In this document: in pieces, positions 26,197 through 34,539 of the stretch
Numbering within the stretch: position 1 is the stretch's first letter
Layout of the letters: the number at the start of each line of letters is the position of its first letter
Assembly (NCBI GenBank): GCA_963756595.1
Contig: CAVWOZ010000015.1
Location: 132,975-196,974, forward strand
Source: an uncultured Acidobacteriota bacterium
GTDB taxonomy: Bacteria > Acidobacteriota > Thermoanaerobaculia > Multivoradales > UBA5704
DNA length: 64,000 bases
Reading direction: 5' to 3'
The notes under the pieces: model-generated
The model's input: the letters and a program-made list of their open reading frames with translations, nothing else
The model's database searches: none
What the model was told of the DNA's origin: nothing
Translations under genes and position numbers: made by a program

Positions 26197-27585
26197 TCAG
26201 GAAGGCTGGGGAAAACGAAGGTCCGGATTGTTACGCACACGCTTGAGGAAGCTCGAGACCTCGCGGACGAGATCGAGCCCGGCCCGATCGATGCGCGCGG
26301 CACTCGAGAAGACGAGCAGGGCCGCCAGCGATTCACCGTGTGTATGGTGAGTCTGAAAGATCGCCAGGGTCTCTTCCGAGAGACGCCGCACTTCCGCGGT
26401 GCGCCCCTGAAGGACATAGACACCTGCGAGATCGAGCGAAGCGAGCGCGGCGTCGTAGGCCAGACCGAGCTCGACGAAGGCCTCACGGACTTCGCGGAAA
26501 GCGGCCTCCGCCTGATCGGTCCGCTGCAAGCCGAAGGCGACCAGCCCCTCCAGCCAGCGCAGCTTCAGCAGGTTCATCCGGTCGCCGGCTTTGAGATAGA
26601 GCGGCCGGCTGTGATACAGGAGGGCGAAGGCTTCCCGCACGCTCCCCCGTTCGTAGAGCGCGTGAATCAGGTTGTGACGGGCGGCGAGGAATACCCGGGG
26701 GTCGGCTTGGGGGTCGATCAGGTCGAGCGCCCGCCGGAGCAGCTTCATCTCTCCCTCGACATCGCCGGCCCAGCTGCAAACCAGCGACTTCTGCAGCAGG
26801 GTGCGGCCGAGCAGATGCCATTGGCCGAGCTTCTTGTAGATCGCGGCGACCCGGTCGAAGAGCTGGAGGGACTCTCCGAAGCGGTGCTGGGACCTCCGGC
26901 AGGACGCCAGGAGGGAGAGAACTTTGGCCTTCTCCGCGAGCGGAACCTGCGTTTCGGCCAGCACGGACTCGGTCACCGAGAACGCAGCCTCGGACGCGGC
27001 GAAGTCGGAGTTGATCCGGTACGCGTTGCCGAGTTGGGCCCAGGCGCGGGCGCGCAGGCCGGCGAGATCCTCTGCCCTACCCCATTCGCCGGCTCCCAGC
27101 CGGTCGGCCACCAGGACCGCCAGCTTCGCGAGCTCGACAGCGCGGCGCGGCTCCTCGAAGCCCGCCTCGTAGCTCGTCTCGGTAAGCCGCTCGCAGAGCA
27201 TCCGGTTCTGAAACCGCTGGCTGTTACTCAACAGGAGGTGACGACGCTCGGCCGGGCAATCCATGAGCTCCTGATAGAGGCTCTGGCCCTGGTTACGCTG
27301 CTGGGTGAGGCGGGCCTCGGTCGTCACCGCCTGTCCGAAGACGCGGTCGAGAACCTCGTCATAACCATCGCGGGCATCATGGGCGTCCTCCTCCGTGAGA
27401 TCCACCGTATCGAGCGCCTGCGGATCCTCGAAGACGTCGGCAGGCTCCCAGAGCCCCACCGTGACCTCCTGGCATTCCGGGCATCCCTCCAGCAGATGCC
27501 GAGCCACCTCGCGCATCTCCATCGTCGAGAGCCGTCCGAGAACGAACTCCTCGAGCGCCTCCGCGGTAGGATGCAGCGCGCTCAG
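26197..27585 (-). CDS. Soluble zf-HC2-like anti-sigma module fused to a TPR-like sensor domain (paralog S2, partner of sigma C)
   Basis: N-terminus 'HPTAEALEEFVLGRLSTMEMREVARHLLEGCPECQ' aligns with 'HPQRSLLSRFGRGRLRRHQNREIVRHLLAECPDCR' of 29260..30609. No TM-like hydrophobic stretch. The C-terminal sensor is homologous to S1/S3/S4. The start is uncertain. CTG 27585 overlaps the sigma stop (CTGA) and fits the alignment. TTG 27648 and ATG 27522 are alternatives. Confidence 0.75.
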   Translation of the reverse strand: MSALHPTAEALEEFVLGRLSTMEMREVARHLLEGCPECQEVTVGLWEPADVFEDPQALDTVDLTEEDAHDARDGYDEVLDRVFGQAVTTEARLTQQRNQGQSLYQELMDCPAERRHLLLSNSQRFQNRMLCERLTETSYEAGFEEPRRAVELAKLAVLVADRLGAGEWGRAEDLAGLRARAWAQLGNAYRINSDFAASEAAFSVTESVLAETQVPLAEKAKVLSLLASCRRSQHRFGESLQLFDRVAAIYKKLGQWHLLGRTLLQKSLVCSWAGDVEGEMKLLRRALDLIDPQADPRVFLAARHNLIHALYERGSVREAFALLYHSRPLYLKAGDRMNLLKLRWLEGLVAFGLQRTDQAEAAFREVREAFVELGLAYDAALASLDLAGVYVLQGRTAEVRRLSEETLAIFQTHHTHGESLAALLVFSSAARIDRAGLDLVREVSSFLKRVRNNPDLRFPQPS

Positions 27586-28115
27586 ACCCCCACCTTCTTC
27601 TTGCCGACTCCCGACGTGACCAGTTGCCGCGTCAGCGTCGCGAGGCAACGCGTCGTGATCTTGCTGATGCTCGCCGGGCTGTATCCCAGCCGCTCGGCGA
27701 GCTCGGCGGGAGCGTACCCCTGACGGTAGCGCAGGGACAGCAGCGAGCGGCAGCGCTCCGGCAAGCGCTCCAGCGCGCTGTCGAGGTCGCGGCGCATGTC
27801 CGCCCCTTCCTGTGCCGGATGGAGCGGCTCCGCCATGGCATCGAGCACCGCGGCGTCGACCGCATCGTAGATCTTGCGTCGCTGCTCTCGCCAGTACAGC
27901 AGGCACTTGTTACGGACGGTACCGAGCAGCCAGGCCTCCGGATCGCGGATGCCATCGCGATGGTAGACCAAGGCGAGCAAGGCCTGCTGGAGGATGTCTT
28001 CGGTGTCCTGCGGAGGGATGCGGTAATGTGCGAACAGGGCTTTCAAACGAGCCCGAGCCCCTTGGAGACAACCCTCAAGCGGCGACTCGACTTGGGGTTG
28101 GTCCAATGCACTCAT
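27582..28115 (-). CDS. ECF-type sigma-70 family factor (sigma C)
   Basis: Region 2 'RIPPQDTEDILQQALLALV..WLLGTVRNKCLLYWR'. Region 4 'RCRSLLSLRYRQGYAPAELAERLGYSPASISKITTRCLATLTRQL'. Confidence 0.88.
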   Translation of the reverse strand: MSALDQPQVESPLEGCLQGARARLKALFAHYRIPPQDTEDILQQALLALVYHRDGIRDPEAWLLGTVRNKCLLYWREQRRKIYDAVDAAVLDAMAEPLHPAQEGADMRRDLDSALERLPERCRSLLSLRYRQGYAPAELAERLGYSPASISKITTRCLATLTRQLVTSGVGKKKVGV

Positions 28116-28192
28116 CTTCCAAAAAGCATGTCAGACTAATCTACGATAAGGTACCACCAACGGCTGAATGATGTCCAGTCAGCCGCCGTGCT

Positions 28193-28217
28193 CCGCCGGG
28201 GCGGATCGCCCCGGCGG
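28193..28217 (-). terminator. GC-rich hairpin (11-bp stem, 3-nt loop) 20 nt after the small-protein stop; no U-tract
   Basis: CCGCCGGGGCG-gat-CGCCCCGGCGG. Confidence 0.4.
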
Positions 28218-28236
28218 TCCCCCGCTACGCGGCGTC

Positions 28237-28437
28237 CTAGCGATTTCCATCCGGGTCGATCTGCGGTCCCGCCAGGGGCAGCAGATGCGTCACGAGATCC
28301 CAGAGCCAGGAGAGAGTCCCTTGATCGTTCTGCACCGCCACCGTGGCGACCGCATGGGCCGGATGGACCGATGTCGCTCCGAGGACGAAGCTCAGGAGCA
28401 GGGCTGGGAAGGCGCGACGGAGATGCGGGCTGGTCAT
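28237..28437 (-). CDS. Small secreted protein/propeptide (66 aa), homolog of 54103..54387
   Basis: The ATG at 28437 is preceded by AAGGAGA with ~6-nt spacing. Signal peptide 'MTSPHLRRAFPALLLSFVLGATSVHPAHA|VAT'. The mature part 'VATVAVQNDQGTLSWLWDLVTHLLPLAGPQIDPDGNR' shares TLSxW and IDPxGN with the second copy. Confidence 0.65.
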   Translation of the reverse strand: MTSPHLRRAFPALLLSFVLGATSVHPAHAVATVAVQNDQGTLSWLWDLVTHLLPLAGPQIDPDGNR

Positions 28438-28613
28438 GGTGTTCTCCTTTTTTAAATTCGCCATCTTGGCTTAATAGCCATAGGCAATTAAAGAAACCCC
28501 ACAGATAAGTTCCCGCAGGACCGTCGGGAAGGACAGTCGCAGAGAAAAAATCTTCGCGGTCCGCTTCACGGCGGCCCGTCGAGACCAGCTAGGTCAGAGG
28601 AAGAGAAGGGAGA

Positions 28614-29159
28614 TCAGGATCCGGCCTGGAAGCCGGCGCCCAGGAGTTGCTCGGTCAGGGAGGCCAGACAACGGCGTGTCACTTTACGAATACTGGACTT
28701 GCAGTACCCCATTCGCTCCGCCGTCTCGGCGGTGCTGCAGCCGAATCCGTAGCGCAGCCTGAGCAGAGACCTGCAGCGATCCGGCAACTCGGCGAGGAGA
28801 GACTCGAGGTCGTAGCGCAGGTCCGCCCGCTCCTGGGGGGGCGCCTCCACATCGGCCAGCAGCTCGAGGAGCGTGCTGTCGACGAGGTCCCAGAGCTTGG
28901 CGCGGTGCTTCCGCCAGTAGATGATGCAGCGGTTGGCCAGCGTCGCAACCAGCCAAGGGTCGGGGTTGCGGATGCTCCCCGCCTTCGACACCATGATCAG
29001 GAACGTCTCCTGCAACAGATCTTCAGCGTCCTGGGCTGGAATGCGATAGCGGCCGAGCACCCTGCGGAGCTTGGGTTCTGCCCGCTCGAGGATCTCCTCC
29101 AGAGACGCCTCCACCAGCTCGGATGGGACCATCGGGTCCATGGCCTTATCTATCGACAT
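28614..29159 (-). CDS. ECF-type sigma-70 family factor (sigma B), with no adjacent anti-sigma gene
   Basis: 'RIPAQDAEDLLQETFLIMV..WLVATLANRCIIYWR' and 'RCRSLLRLRYGFGCSTAETAERMGYCKSSIRKVTRRCLASLTEQL'. Confidence 0.88.
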   Translation of the reverse strand: MSIDKAMDPMVPSELVEASLEEILERAEPKLRRVLGRYRIPAQDAEDLLQETFLIMVSKAGSIRNPDPWLVATLANRCIIYWRKHRAKLWDLVDSTLLELLADVEAPPQERADLRYDLESLLAELPDRCRSLLRLRYGFGCSTAETAERMGYCKSSIRKVTRRCLASLTEQLLGAGFQAGS

Positions 29160-29259
29160 TTAAGAACTAAAGATTATCATTCCCTGCTGGGGTTGTCCAG
29201 GTACTCGAGCGCGCATAGCGCAAGCCCTCTCTGCGCCATCCTGGAAGCGAAGAGCGGCT

Positions 29260-30609
29260 TCAGGAAGCGCGGGATTCCTTGAGGTAGCCGCTCACCTCCC
29301 GGATCAATCCCAGGGTCACACGCTCCATCTCCGCCGCCTTCTGGAAGACGAACAGGGCGGCCACGGCTTCCCGATGGATGTCCCGCGACTTGAAGATTTG
29401 CAGCATCTCTTCGGCCAGCCGCCGCATCTCGGAGGTCCGCCCGTCGCGGGCGTAAATGGTCGCCAGGTCGAGCGACAGCAGCGCGGCGTCGTAGCCCAAC
29501 TCGCGGTCGATCAGCTCCCTGTGCACGCTGCGCAGGAAGTCTTCGGCCTCTTTGAAGTGCCCCAGCGCGCTGGCGATCTTCCCCTCCAGCCAACGCAGGC
29601 GCAGGAGGTTCATCTGGTCGCCGATCTGATGGTAGAGAGGGCGCGCGCTGTTGAGCAGCTGGAGGGCTTCCACGTAGCGGCCGCTCTCGACCAGGTAGAG
29701 GGTCAGATTGTGCTGCGCCGCCACCACGAGCCGCGGATCGGACGTCGGCTCCACTCGCTGCAACCCCTCGGTGAGGTTCCGGATCGCCGCTTCCGGATCG
29801 CCGGCCAGGCCGAGCAGGAAGCCGCGGGTGATCAGGGCCCGGCCGCACAGGTGCGAGTCGTCGCAGCGGCGGCCGATGGCCCCCACCCGGTCGAGGATGC
29901 GAAAGGCCTCCCGGAAGCGCTGCTGGTTGCCATAGAGGGAGGCCTTGATCAGCAGGATCTGCGCTTTCTCGATCGGGTCGCCGGTTCCCGCCTTGAGCAG
30001 CCGCTCGGCCCGCGCGAAGCTGCGCTCCGCCGCCCGGAAATCCGAACGGATCCGCTGCGCGTTGCCCAGGCATGCCCAGGCGCGCGCTCCCAGGTCGTCG
30101 ACCCGGGCCTTGCCGTAGGTCTCGGCGTCGAGGTGCTCCACGACCGCGACGCCGAGCGTCGCGAGGGCGAGGGCGCGCGCGGGATCTTGAAAACCCCATT
30201 CGCTGGCCGAGTCGAGGAGCAGCTCGCAGAATCCCCAGGTGTTGAACCGGGAAGCCTCCTCGCTGATCAGGGCCTGCTGGCGTTCGAACGGCTGAGCGAG
30301 GAGCTCCCGCAACAGCTCGGCGGCCACCGCCCGCTCGGCCTGGAGAGCGATCGACCGCCGGTCGACCTCGGCTCCCGCGCGGGCGAAGGCCGGCCCATAG
30401 TGGAGACGAGGCACCCGGATCCTGACGTCGCTCTGGTGGCTCTCGGCGCCCGGCTCGGTTCCCATGCCCGACGGGAGCAGCCGGGACGTGAGTTGGCGGC
30501 AGTCCGGACACTCCGCGAGGAGGTGCCGGACGATCTCCCGGTTCTGATGGCGACGGAGCCGGCCGCGTCCGAAACGGGAGAGCAGGGATCGCTGGGGGTG
30601 TCTAACCAT
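29260..30609 (-). CDS. Soluble zf-HC2-like anti-sigma module fused to a TPR-like sensor domain (paralog S3, partner of sigma A)
   Basis: 'MVRHPQRSLLSRFGRGRLRRHQNREIVRHLLAECPDCRQL', then the sensor domain ('DLGARAWACLGNAQRIRSDFRAAERSF', 'LLRLRWLEGKI', 'DAALLSLDLATIY', 'GRTSEMRRLAEEMLQIFKSRDIHREAVAALFVFQKAA'). The ATG at 30609 overlaps the sigma A stop by 8 nt (ATGGTTAG). Confidence 0.82.
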   Translation of the reverse strand: MVRHPQRSLLSRFGRGRLRRHQNREIVRHLLAECPDCRQLTSRLLPSGMGTEPGAESHQSDVRIRVPRLHYGPAFARAGAEVDRRSIALQAERAVAAELLRELLAQPFERQQALISEEASRFNTWGFCELLLDSASEWGFQDPARALALATLGVAVVEHLDAETYGKARVDDLGARAWACLGNAQRIRSDFRAAERSFARAERLLKAGTGDPIEKAQILLIKASLYGNQQRFREAFRILDRVGAIGRRCDDSHLCGRALITRGFLLGLAGDPEAAIRNLTEGLQRVEPTSDPRLVVAAQHNLTLYLVESGRYVEALQLLNSARPLYHQIGDQMNLLRLRWLEGKIASALGHFKEAEDFLRSVHRELIDRELGYDAALLSLDLATIYARDGRTSEMRRLAEEMLQIFKSRDIHREAVAALFVFQKAAEMERVTLGLIREVSGYLKESRAS

Positions 30610-31153
30610 CCTGAGGCTCGGCCGCAGGCTCCCGATCGAACCCGACCGCCAGGAGCTGCCGGGTAAGGGCCGCCAGACAGCGGTTGGTCACTTTACGGAT
30701 GCTGGAGGTCCGGTAGCCCATCTGCTCCGCCACCTCGGTCGGACCGTAGCCGAGCCCGTAGCGCAGCTTGAGCAGCGACCGGCAGCGGGTCGACAGCCGG
30801 GAGAGCACCCGGTTGAGGTCGTAGGTCAGCTCCGTCTTCTCCTGGTCCGGGGCCTGCGGTACCGCCAGCAGGTCGAGGATCGCCGTATCGACGGCTTCGC
30901 AGAGACTGCCGCGCCGCTTGCGCCAGTACATGATGCACTTCTTCTTGACCGTGCCGATCAGCCAGCTCTCGGGGCTGCGGATCTTGTCCCACTTGTACAA
31001 CAGGGTGAGCTGCGCATCCTGAAGGATGTCTTCAGCGTCTTCCGGCGGGATCTCAAAGTTCCTCAAGACTCGCTCCAGCCGGGGCCGGGAGTTCTTCAGG
31101 AGAATGTTGAGCGATTCCCGCAGTTCAGGATGGTCAAGAGTTGCCATAGCCAC
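30602..31153 (-). CDS. ECF-type sigma-70 family factor (sigma A)
   Basis: 'EIPPEDAEDILQDAQLTLL..WLIGTVKKKCIMYWR' and 'RCRSLLKLRYGLGYGPTEVAEQMGYRTSSIRKVTNRCLAALTRQL'. Confidence 0.88.
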   Translation of the reverse strand: MAMATLDHPELRESLNILLKNSRPRLERVLRNFEIPPEDAEDILQDAQLTLLYKWDKIRSPESWLIGTVKKKCIMYWRKRRGSLCEAVDTAILDLLAVPQAPDQEKTELTYDLNRVLSRLSTRCRSLLKLRYGLGYGPTEVAEQMGYRTSSIRKVTNRCLAALTRQLLAVGFDREPAAEPQDG

Positions 31154-31265
31154 TATTTATGCCGTCGACAGTCGGTAGGCTAACACCCCGTTCGCCACCT
31201 GTCCATAGACGAAGGGAAGTTCCGGCCGGGCCGGCTGGTGACCGGCGCGCCGCGACGGGATCTGC

Positions 31266-31304
31266 CCCCAAAAGCATAACGGCGGCCCTGGCAGGGCCGC
31301 CGTT
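31266..31304 (-). terminator. Rho-independent terminator after metK
   Basis: On the minus strand: AACGGCGGCCCT-loop-AGGGCCGCCGTT (12-bp stem) followed by ATGCTTTTGG. Confidence 0.7.
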
Positions 31305-31329
31305 ACAGCCGGGTCACGGAAGGGGATTC

Positions 31330-32508
31330 TCAGGCGGAGGCGCCCACCGGCACGGCCTCGAGGCCGGCCGCCGCGCGCAGCTTGGCGGCGTGATGGGTGC
31401 TCTCCCAGGGGAAGCCCTTCTCGTTGCGGCCGAAGTGGCCGAACGAGGCGGTCGCCTGGTAGATCGGGCGGCGCAGGTCGAGATCCTCGATGATCCCACG
31501 CGGCGAGAGCGGGAAGTGCTCGCGCACCAGGCGCTCGATCTGGCGGTCGGGAATGGCGCCGGTGCCGAAGGAGTCCACCCGTACGGAGACCGGCTCGGCG
31601 ACGCCGATCGCGTAGGCGAGCTGGACCTCGACGCGATCCGCGATGCCGGCGGCGACCAGGTTCTTGGCGACGTGGCGGGCCATGTAGCAGGCCGAGCGAT
31701 CCACCTTCGTGGGATCTTTCCCCGAGAAGGCGCCACCGCCGTGCCGGCCGTAGCCGCCGTAGGTGTCGACGATGATCTTGCGGCCGGTCAGGCCGCAGTC
31801 CCCTTGGGGTCCGCCGATCACGAACCGGCCGGTCGGGTTGATGTGGTAGATGGTCCGGCCGTCCAGCAGCTCGGCGGGGATGACCGGCTTGACGATCTTC
31901 TCGATCACCTCGCTGCGGATCTGCTCCATCGTCGCCTCGGGATCGTGCTGGGTCGAGATCACCACGGTGTGGACGCGGACCGGGCGGTGGCCGTCGTACT
32001 CGACCGTCACCTGGCTCTTGCCGTCCGGCCGCAGCCAGGGGAGCTCGCCGGACTTGCGGGCCTCGGAGAGCCGGCGGGTCAGGCGGTGCGCGAGGGCGAT
32101 CGGCAGCGGCATCAGCTCGGGGGTCTCGTTGCAGGCGAAGCCGAACATCAGCCCCTGGTCGCCGGCGCCGCCGGTGTCGACCCCCTGGGCGATGTCGGGC
32201 GACTGCGGGTCGATCGCCGAGAGCACACCGCAGGTGGCGAAGTCGAAGCCGAACTCGGCCTTGGTGTAGCCGATCTCGCGGACGACCCGCCGCACGGTTC
32301 CGGGGAAGTCGACGTAGGCCTTGGTGCTGATCTCGCCGGCGAGGAAGACCGTGCCGGTGGTCACCAACGTCTCGCAGGCCACGCGCCCCATGGGGTCCTG
32401 GCGCAGCACCTCGTCGAGAATGGCATCGGAAATCTGGTCGGCCACCTTGTCGGGATGACCCTCGGTGACGGATTCCGACGTGAACAGGTGGATATCTGGC
32501 TCGCTCAT
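31330..32508 (-). CDS. metK: S-adenosylmethionine synthase
   Basis: '[24 protein letters not shown]', '[12 protein letters not shown]', '[16 protein letters not shown]'. Confidence 0.96.
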   Translation of the reverse strand: MSEPDIHLFTSESVTEGHPDKVADQISDAILDEVLRQDPMGRVACETLVTTGTVFLAGEISTKAYVDFPGTVRRVVREIGYTKAEFGFDFATCGVLSAIDPQSPDIAQGVDTGGAGDQGLMFGFACNETPELMPLPIALAHRLTRRLSEARKSGELPWLRPDGKSQVTVEYDGHRPVRVHTVVISTQHDPEATMEQIRSEVIEKIVKPVIPAELLDGRTIYHINPTGRFVIGGPQGDCGLTGRKIIVDTYGGYGRHGGGAFSGKDPTKVDRSACYMARHVAKNLVAAGIADRVEVQLAYAIGVAEPVSVRVDSFGTGAIPDRQIERLVREHFPLSPRGIIEDLDLRRPIYQATASFGHFGRNEKGFPWESTHHAAKLRAAAGLEAVPVGASA

Positions 32509-32664
32509 GTTCGCACCTCTAGCGTGACCTCGGATGGATCCCGGACATCGATGCCGGAGCTCGGCGTGGGGATGGAGAGCGGTTCTCTCGGAGTCGCCGG
32601 GCGACGAATGCTAGCAACTGACCGAGGGCCGGTCAACGGCGACCGCCCGGCGCGAGCTCGCGCC

Positions 32665-33258
32665 TCAGCGCAGGGGACGGCTCTCCATCACACCATAGAA
32701 CAGTGTCGACAGAGCATGAAACGTGGACAGCGCGATGTTCTTGCGGCGCGTCTCGAGGCCGCCGGTGAGCGAGCTGGTGATGCCGCCGCTGCGCCGCGTG
32801 CCGGGCACCGCGAAGGGGATCTGCGCGGAGTCGAGCCCGGCGACCAGACGGTCCGGGAGCTGGATGGCGCCGCTCGAGCCCCAGGCCTCCCCCAGCGCGC
32901 TGCGCATCACCGTCCAGTTGCGGATCAGGTAGCGCTGGACGCCGTCCAGCTCGAGGGATTCGATCCCTCCCTCGCTGGCGATGTAGAAATGGTAGGTGCC
33001 CCCCAGACGCTCCTCCAGGCTGACGGCCTTGCGGCGCGCCTCGCGGACCACCTCCTCGTCGGACACCAGGAGGCCGACCGGCTCCTCCTCGACCGACTGC
33101 GGCACCACCACGACGGAGACCGCGCGGTCCAGGCCGTCATGGAAGAAGCGGAGGAAGCCGTCGCGCACGCCGAGCAGCTTGTCCGGCGCATGCCCCGCCA
33201 CCGCCACCTCGACGCCCGTTTGGAGCCGCTGCCAGAAGTTCTTAAGATCCATGCCCAT
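32665..33258 (-). CDS. DUF84/YjjX-like non-canonical NTP phosphatase (tentative)
   Basis: Weak by-eye resemblance: 'VAVAGHAPDKLLGVRDGF' at the N-terminus and 'SGGITSSLTGGLETRRKNIALSTFHAL' near the C-terminus. Start is ATG 33258 or 33252, or GTG 33264. Confidence 0.4.
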   Translation of the reverse strand: MGMDLKNFWQRLQTGVEVAVAGHAPDKLLGVRDGFLRFFHDGLDRAVSVVVVPQSVEEEPVGLLVSDEEVVREARRKAVSLEERLGGTYHFYIASEGGIESLELDGVQRYLIRNWTVMRSALGEAWGSSGAIQLPDRLVAGLDSAQIPFAVPGTRRSGGITSSLTGGLETRRKNIALSTFHALSTLFYGVMESRPLR

Positions 33259-34111
33259 GATCACCAGTCGTCAGAATCAGCGGGTGAAGGATATTCGGCG
33301 TCTCCGGCGAAGTAAAGGCGACCTCGCCCTTCTCGAGGGACCCCACCTGGTGGAGGCGGCGTTGCGGGCGGGGCACGTTCTCGAGGAAGTGCTGGCGACT
33401 CCCCCCTTCCTCGCCAGCCTCGAGGGGGAGGATCTCGTCCGCTCTCTCCCCCTGCCGCCGCTGGTGGTGAGCCCCGAGCTGCTCGCGGAGCTGACCGACG
33501 CCGACTCCCCCCGCGGGCTGCTCGCCGTGGCCCGGCTCCCCCGCTTCGGGGTCGAGACCCTCCCCGTCCGTCCGGACTGCCCCTACCTCTACCTCGAGGG
33601 GCTCCAGGATCCCGGCAACCTGGGAGCGCTCGCCCGCGTCGCCGAAGCGGCCGGCGCCGCCGGCCTCGCGCTGTCGCCGGGGTGCGCCCACCCGAACCAC
33701 CCCCGCGCCCTCCGCGCCTCGGCAGGGAGCCTGCTGCGCCTCCCCATCGCCGTCGGGGTCACCGCCGAGGCACTCGAAGAGCATCTCGCGCTCGCCCATC
33801 CCCGCTGGGCCGCCCTGGTCCCCCGCGGCGGCGAGGATCTCTACCGGGCCCGCCTCGACGGCACCGCGATCCTCGCCGTGGGCGCCGAGGGGCCCGGCCT
33901 CTCCCCCGCCCTCCTCGCCCGCGCCGGCCTGCGCGCCGGCTTGCTGCTGACGATCCCGATGGCGCCGGCGGTCGAGTCGCTCAACGCCACGGTGGCGGCG
34001 GCGCTCGTCCTCTTCGAGATGCGGCGGCGGAGCGCGGCGGACGATGGCGTACAATCCCGAGCCGAACGCCAGGACCCGAACGGCAGCGCGTCTCAAGGAG
34101 AGCAAGGATGA
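33251..34111 (+). CDS. TrmH/SpoU-family RNA 2'-O-methyltransferase
   Basis: 'ITSRQNQRVKDIRRL', 'LEGLQDPGNLGALARVAEAAG', 'ILAVGAEGPGLS', 'ESLNATVAAALVLFE'. I chose the ATG at 33251. Confidence 0.82.
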   Translation: MPMITSRQNQRVKDIRRLRRSKGDLALLEGPHLVEAALRAGHVLEEVLATPPFLASLEGEDLVRSLPLPPLVVSPELLAELTDADSPRGLLAVARLPRFGVETLPVRPDCPYLYLEGLQDPGNLGALARVAEAAGAAGLALSPGCAHPNHPRALRASAGSLLRLPIAVGVTAEALEEHLALAHPRWAALVPRGGEDLYRARLDGTAILAVGAEGPGLSPALLARAGLRAGLLLTIPMAPAVESLNATVAAALVLFEMRRRSAADDGVQSRAERQDPNGSASQGEQG

Positions 34112-34539
34112 AGATCGGCATCGGCTCCGACCACGCCGGCTACCGCTACAAGGAAGAGATCAAGAAGTACCTCGCCCAGCAGGGCCATGAGGTGCAGGAC
34201 TTCGGGACGAACTCGGAGATGACGGTCGATTACCCGGCGTTCATCCGCCCGGTGGCCCTGGCGGTCGCCGCCGGCGAGGTCGAGCGGGGGATCGTGCTCG
34301 GCGGCTCGGGGAACGGCGAGGCGATCACCGCCAACCGGGTGCGCGGCATCCGCTGCGTCCTCTGCTGGAACGAGGAGTCGGCGCGCCTCGGCCGCCAGCA
34401 CAACGACGCCAACATGCTCTCTCTCGGCCAGCGCATGATCCCTCTCGAGATGGCCCTCGCCATCGTGCAGATCTGGCTCGACACCCCGTTCGAAGGGGGG
34501 CGGCACGTCCGCCGGATCCAGATGATCGACGAGCCGTGA
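34108..34539 (+). CDS. rpiB: Ribose-5-phosphate isomerase B
   Basis: 'MKIGIGSDHAGY', 'GIVLGGSGNGEAITANRVRGIRCVLCW', 'HNDANMLSLG'. The ATG overlaps the upstream stop (ATGA). Confidence 0.92.
   Translation: MKIGIGSDHAGYRYKEEIKKYLAQQGHEVQDFGTNSEMTVDYPAFIRPVALAVAAGEVERGIVLGGSGNGEAITANRVRGIRCVLCWNEESARLGRQHNDANMLSLGQRMIPLEMALAIVQIWLDTPFEGGRHVRRIQMIDEP

Noticed and set aside
28509-28514. GGAAC (ECF -35-like) pentamers upstream of the small-protein genes (28513-28509 on the minus strand; 54046-54050) and of sigma A (31223-31219 on the minus strand)
   Set aside because: A 5-mer is expected by chance fairly often. The sequences 16-18 nt downstream share no common -10-like element, and the spacing to a shared TCT(G/A)TGG differs. 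This is suggestive only and needs 5'-end mapping.
29177-29239. 20-codon mini-ORF (MAQRGLALCALEYLDNPSRE) between S3 and sigma B
   Set aside because: It has no signal peptide, no RBS, and no similarity to the two IDPxGN proteins. It is the tail of a shadow ORF.
32509-32664. Possible SAM riboswitch in the metK 5' leader
   Set aside because: I read the minus-strand leader and could not find the conserved cores of the SAM-I, SAM-II, SAM-IV or SAM-V classes that I remember. A covariance-model scan would be needed; I make no positive claim.
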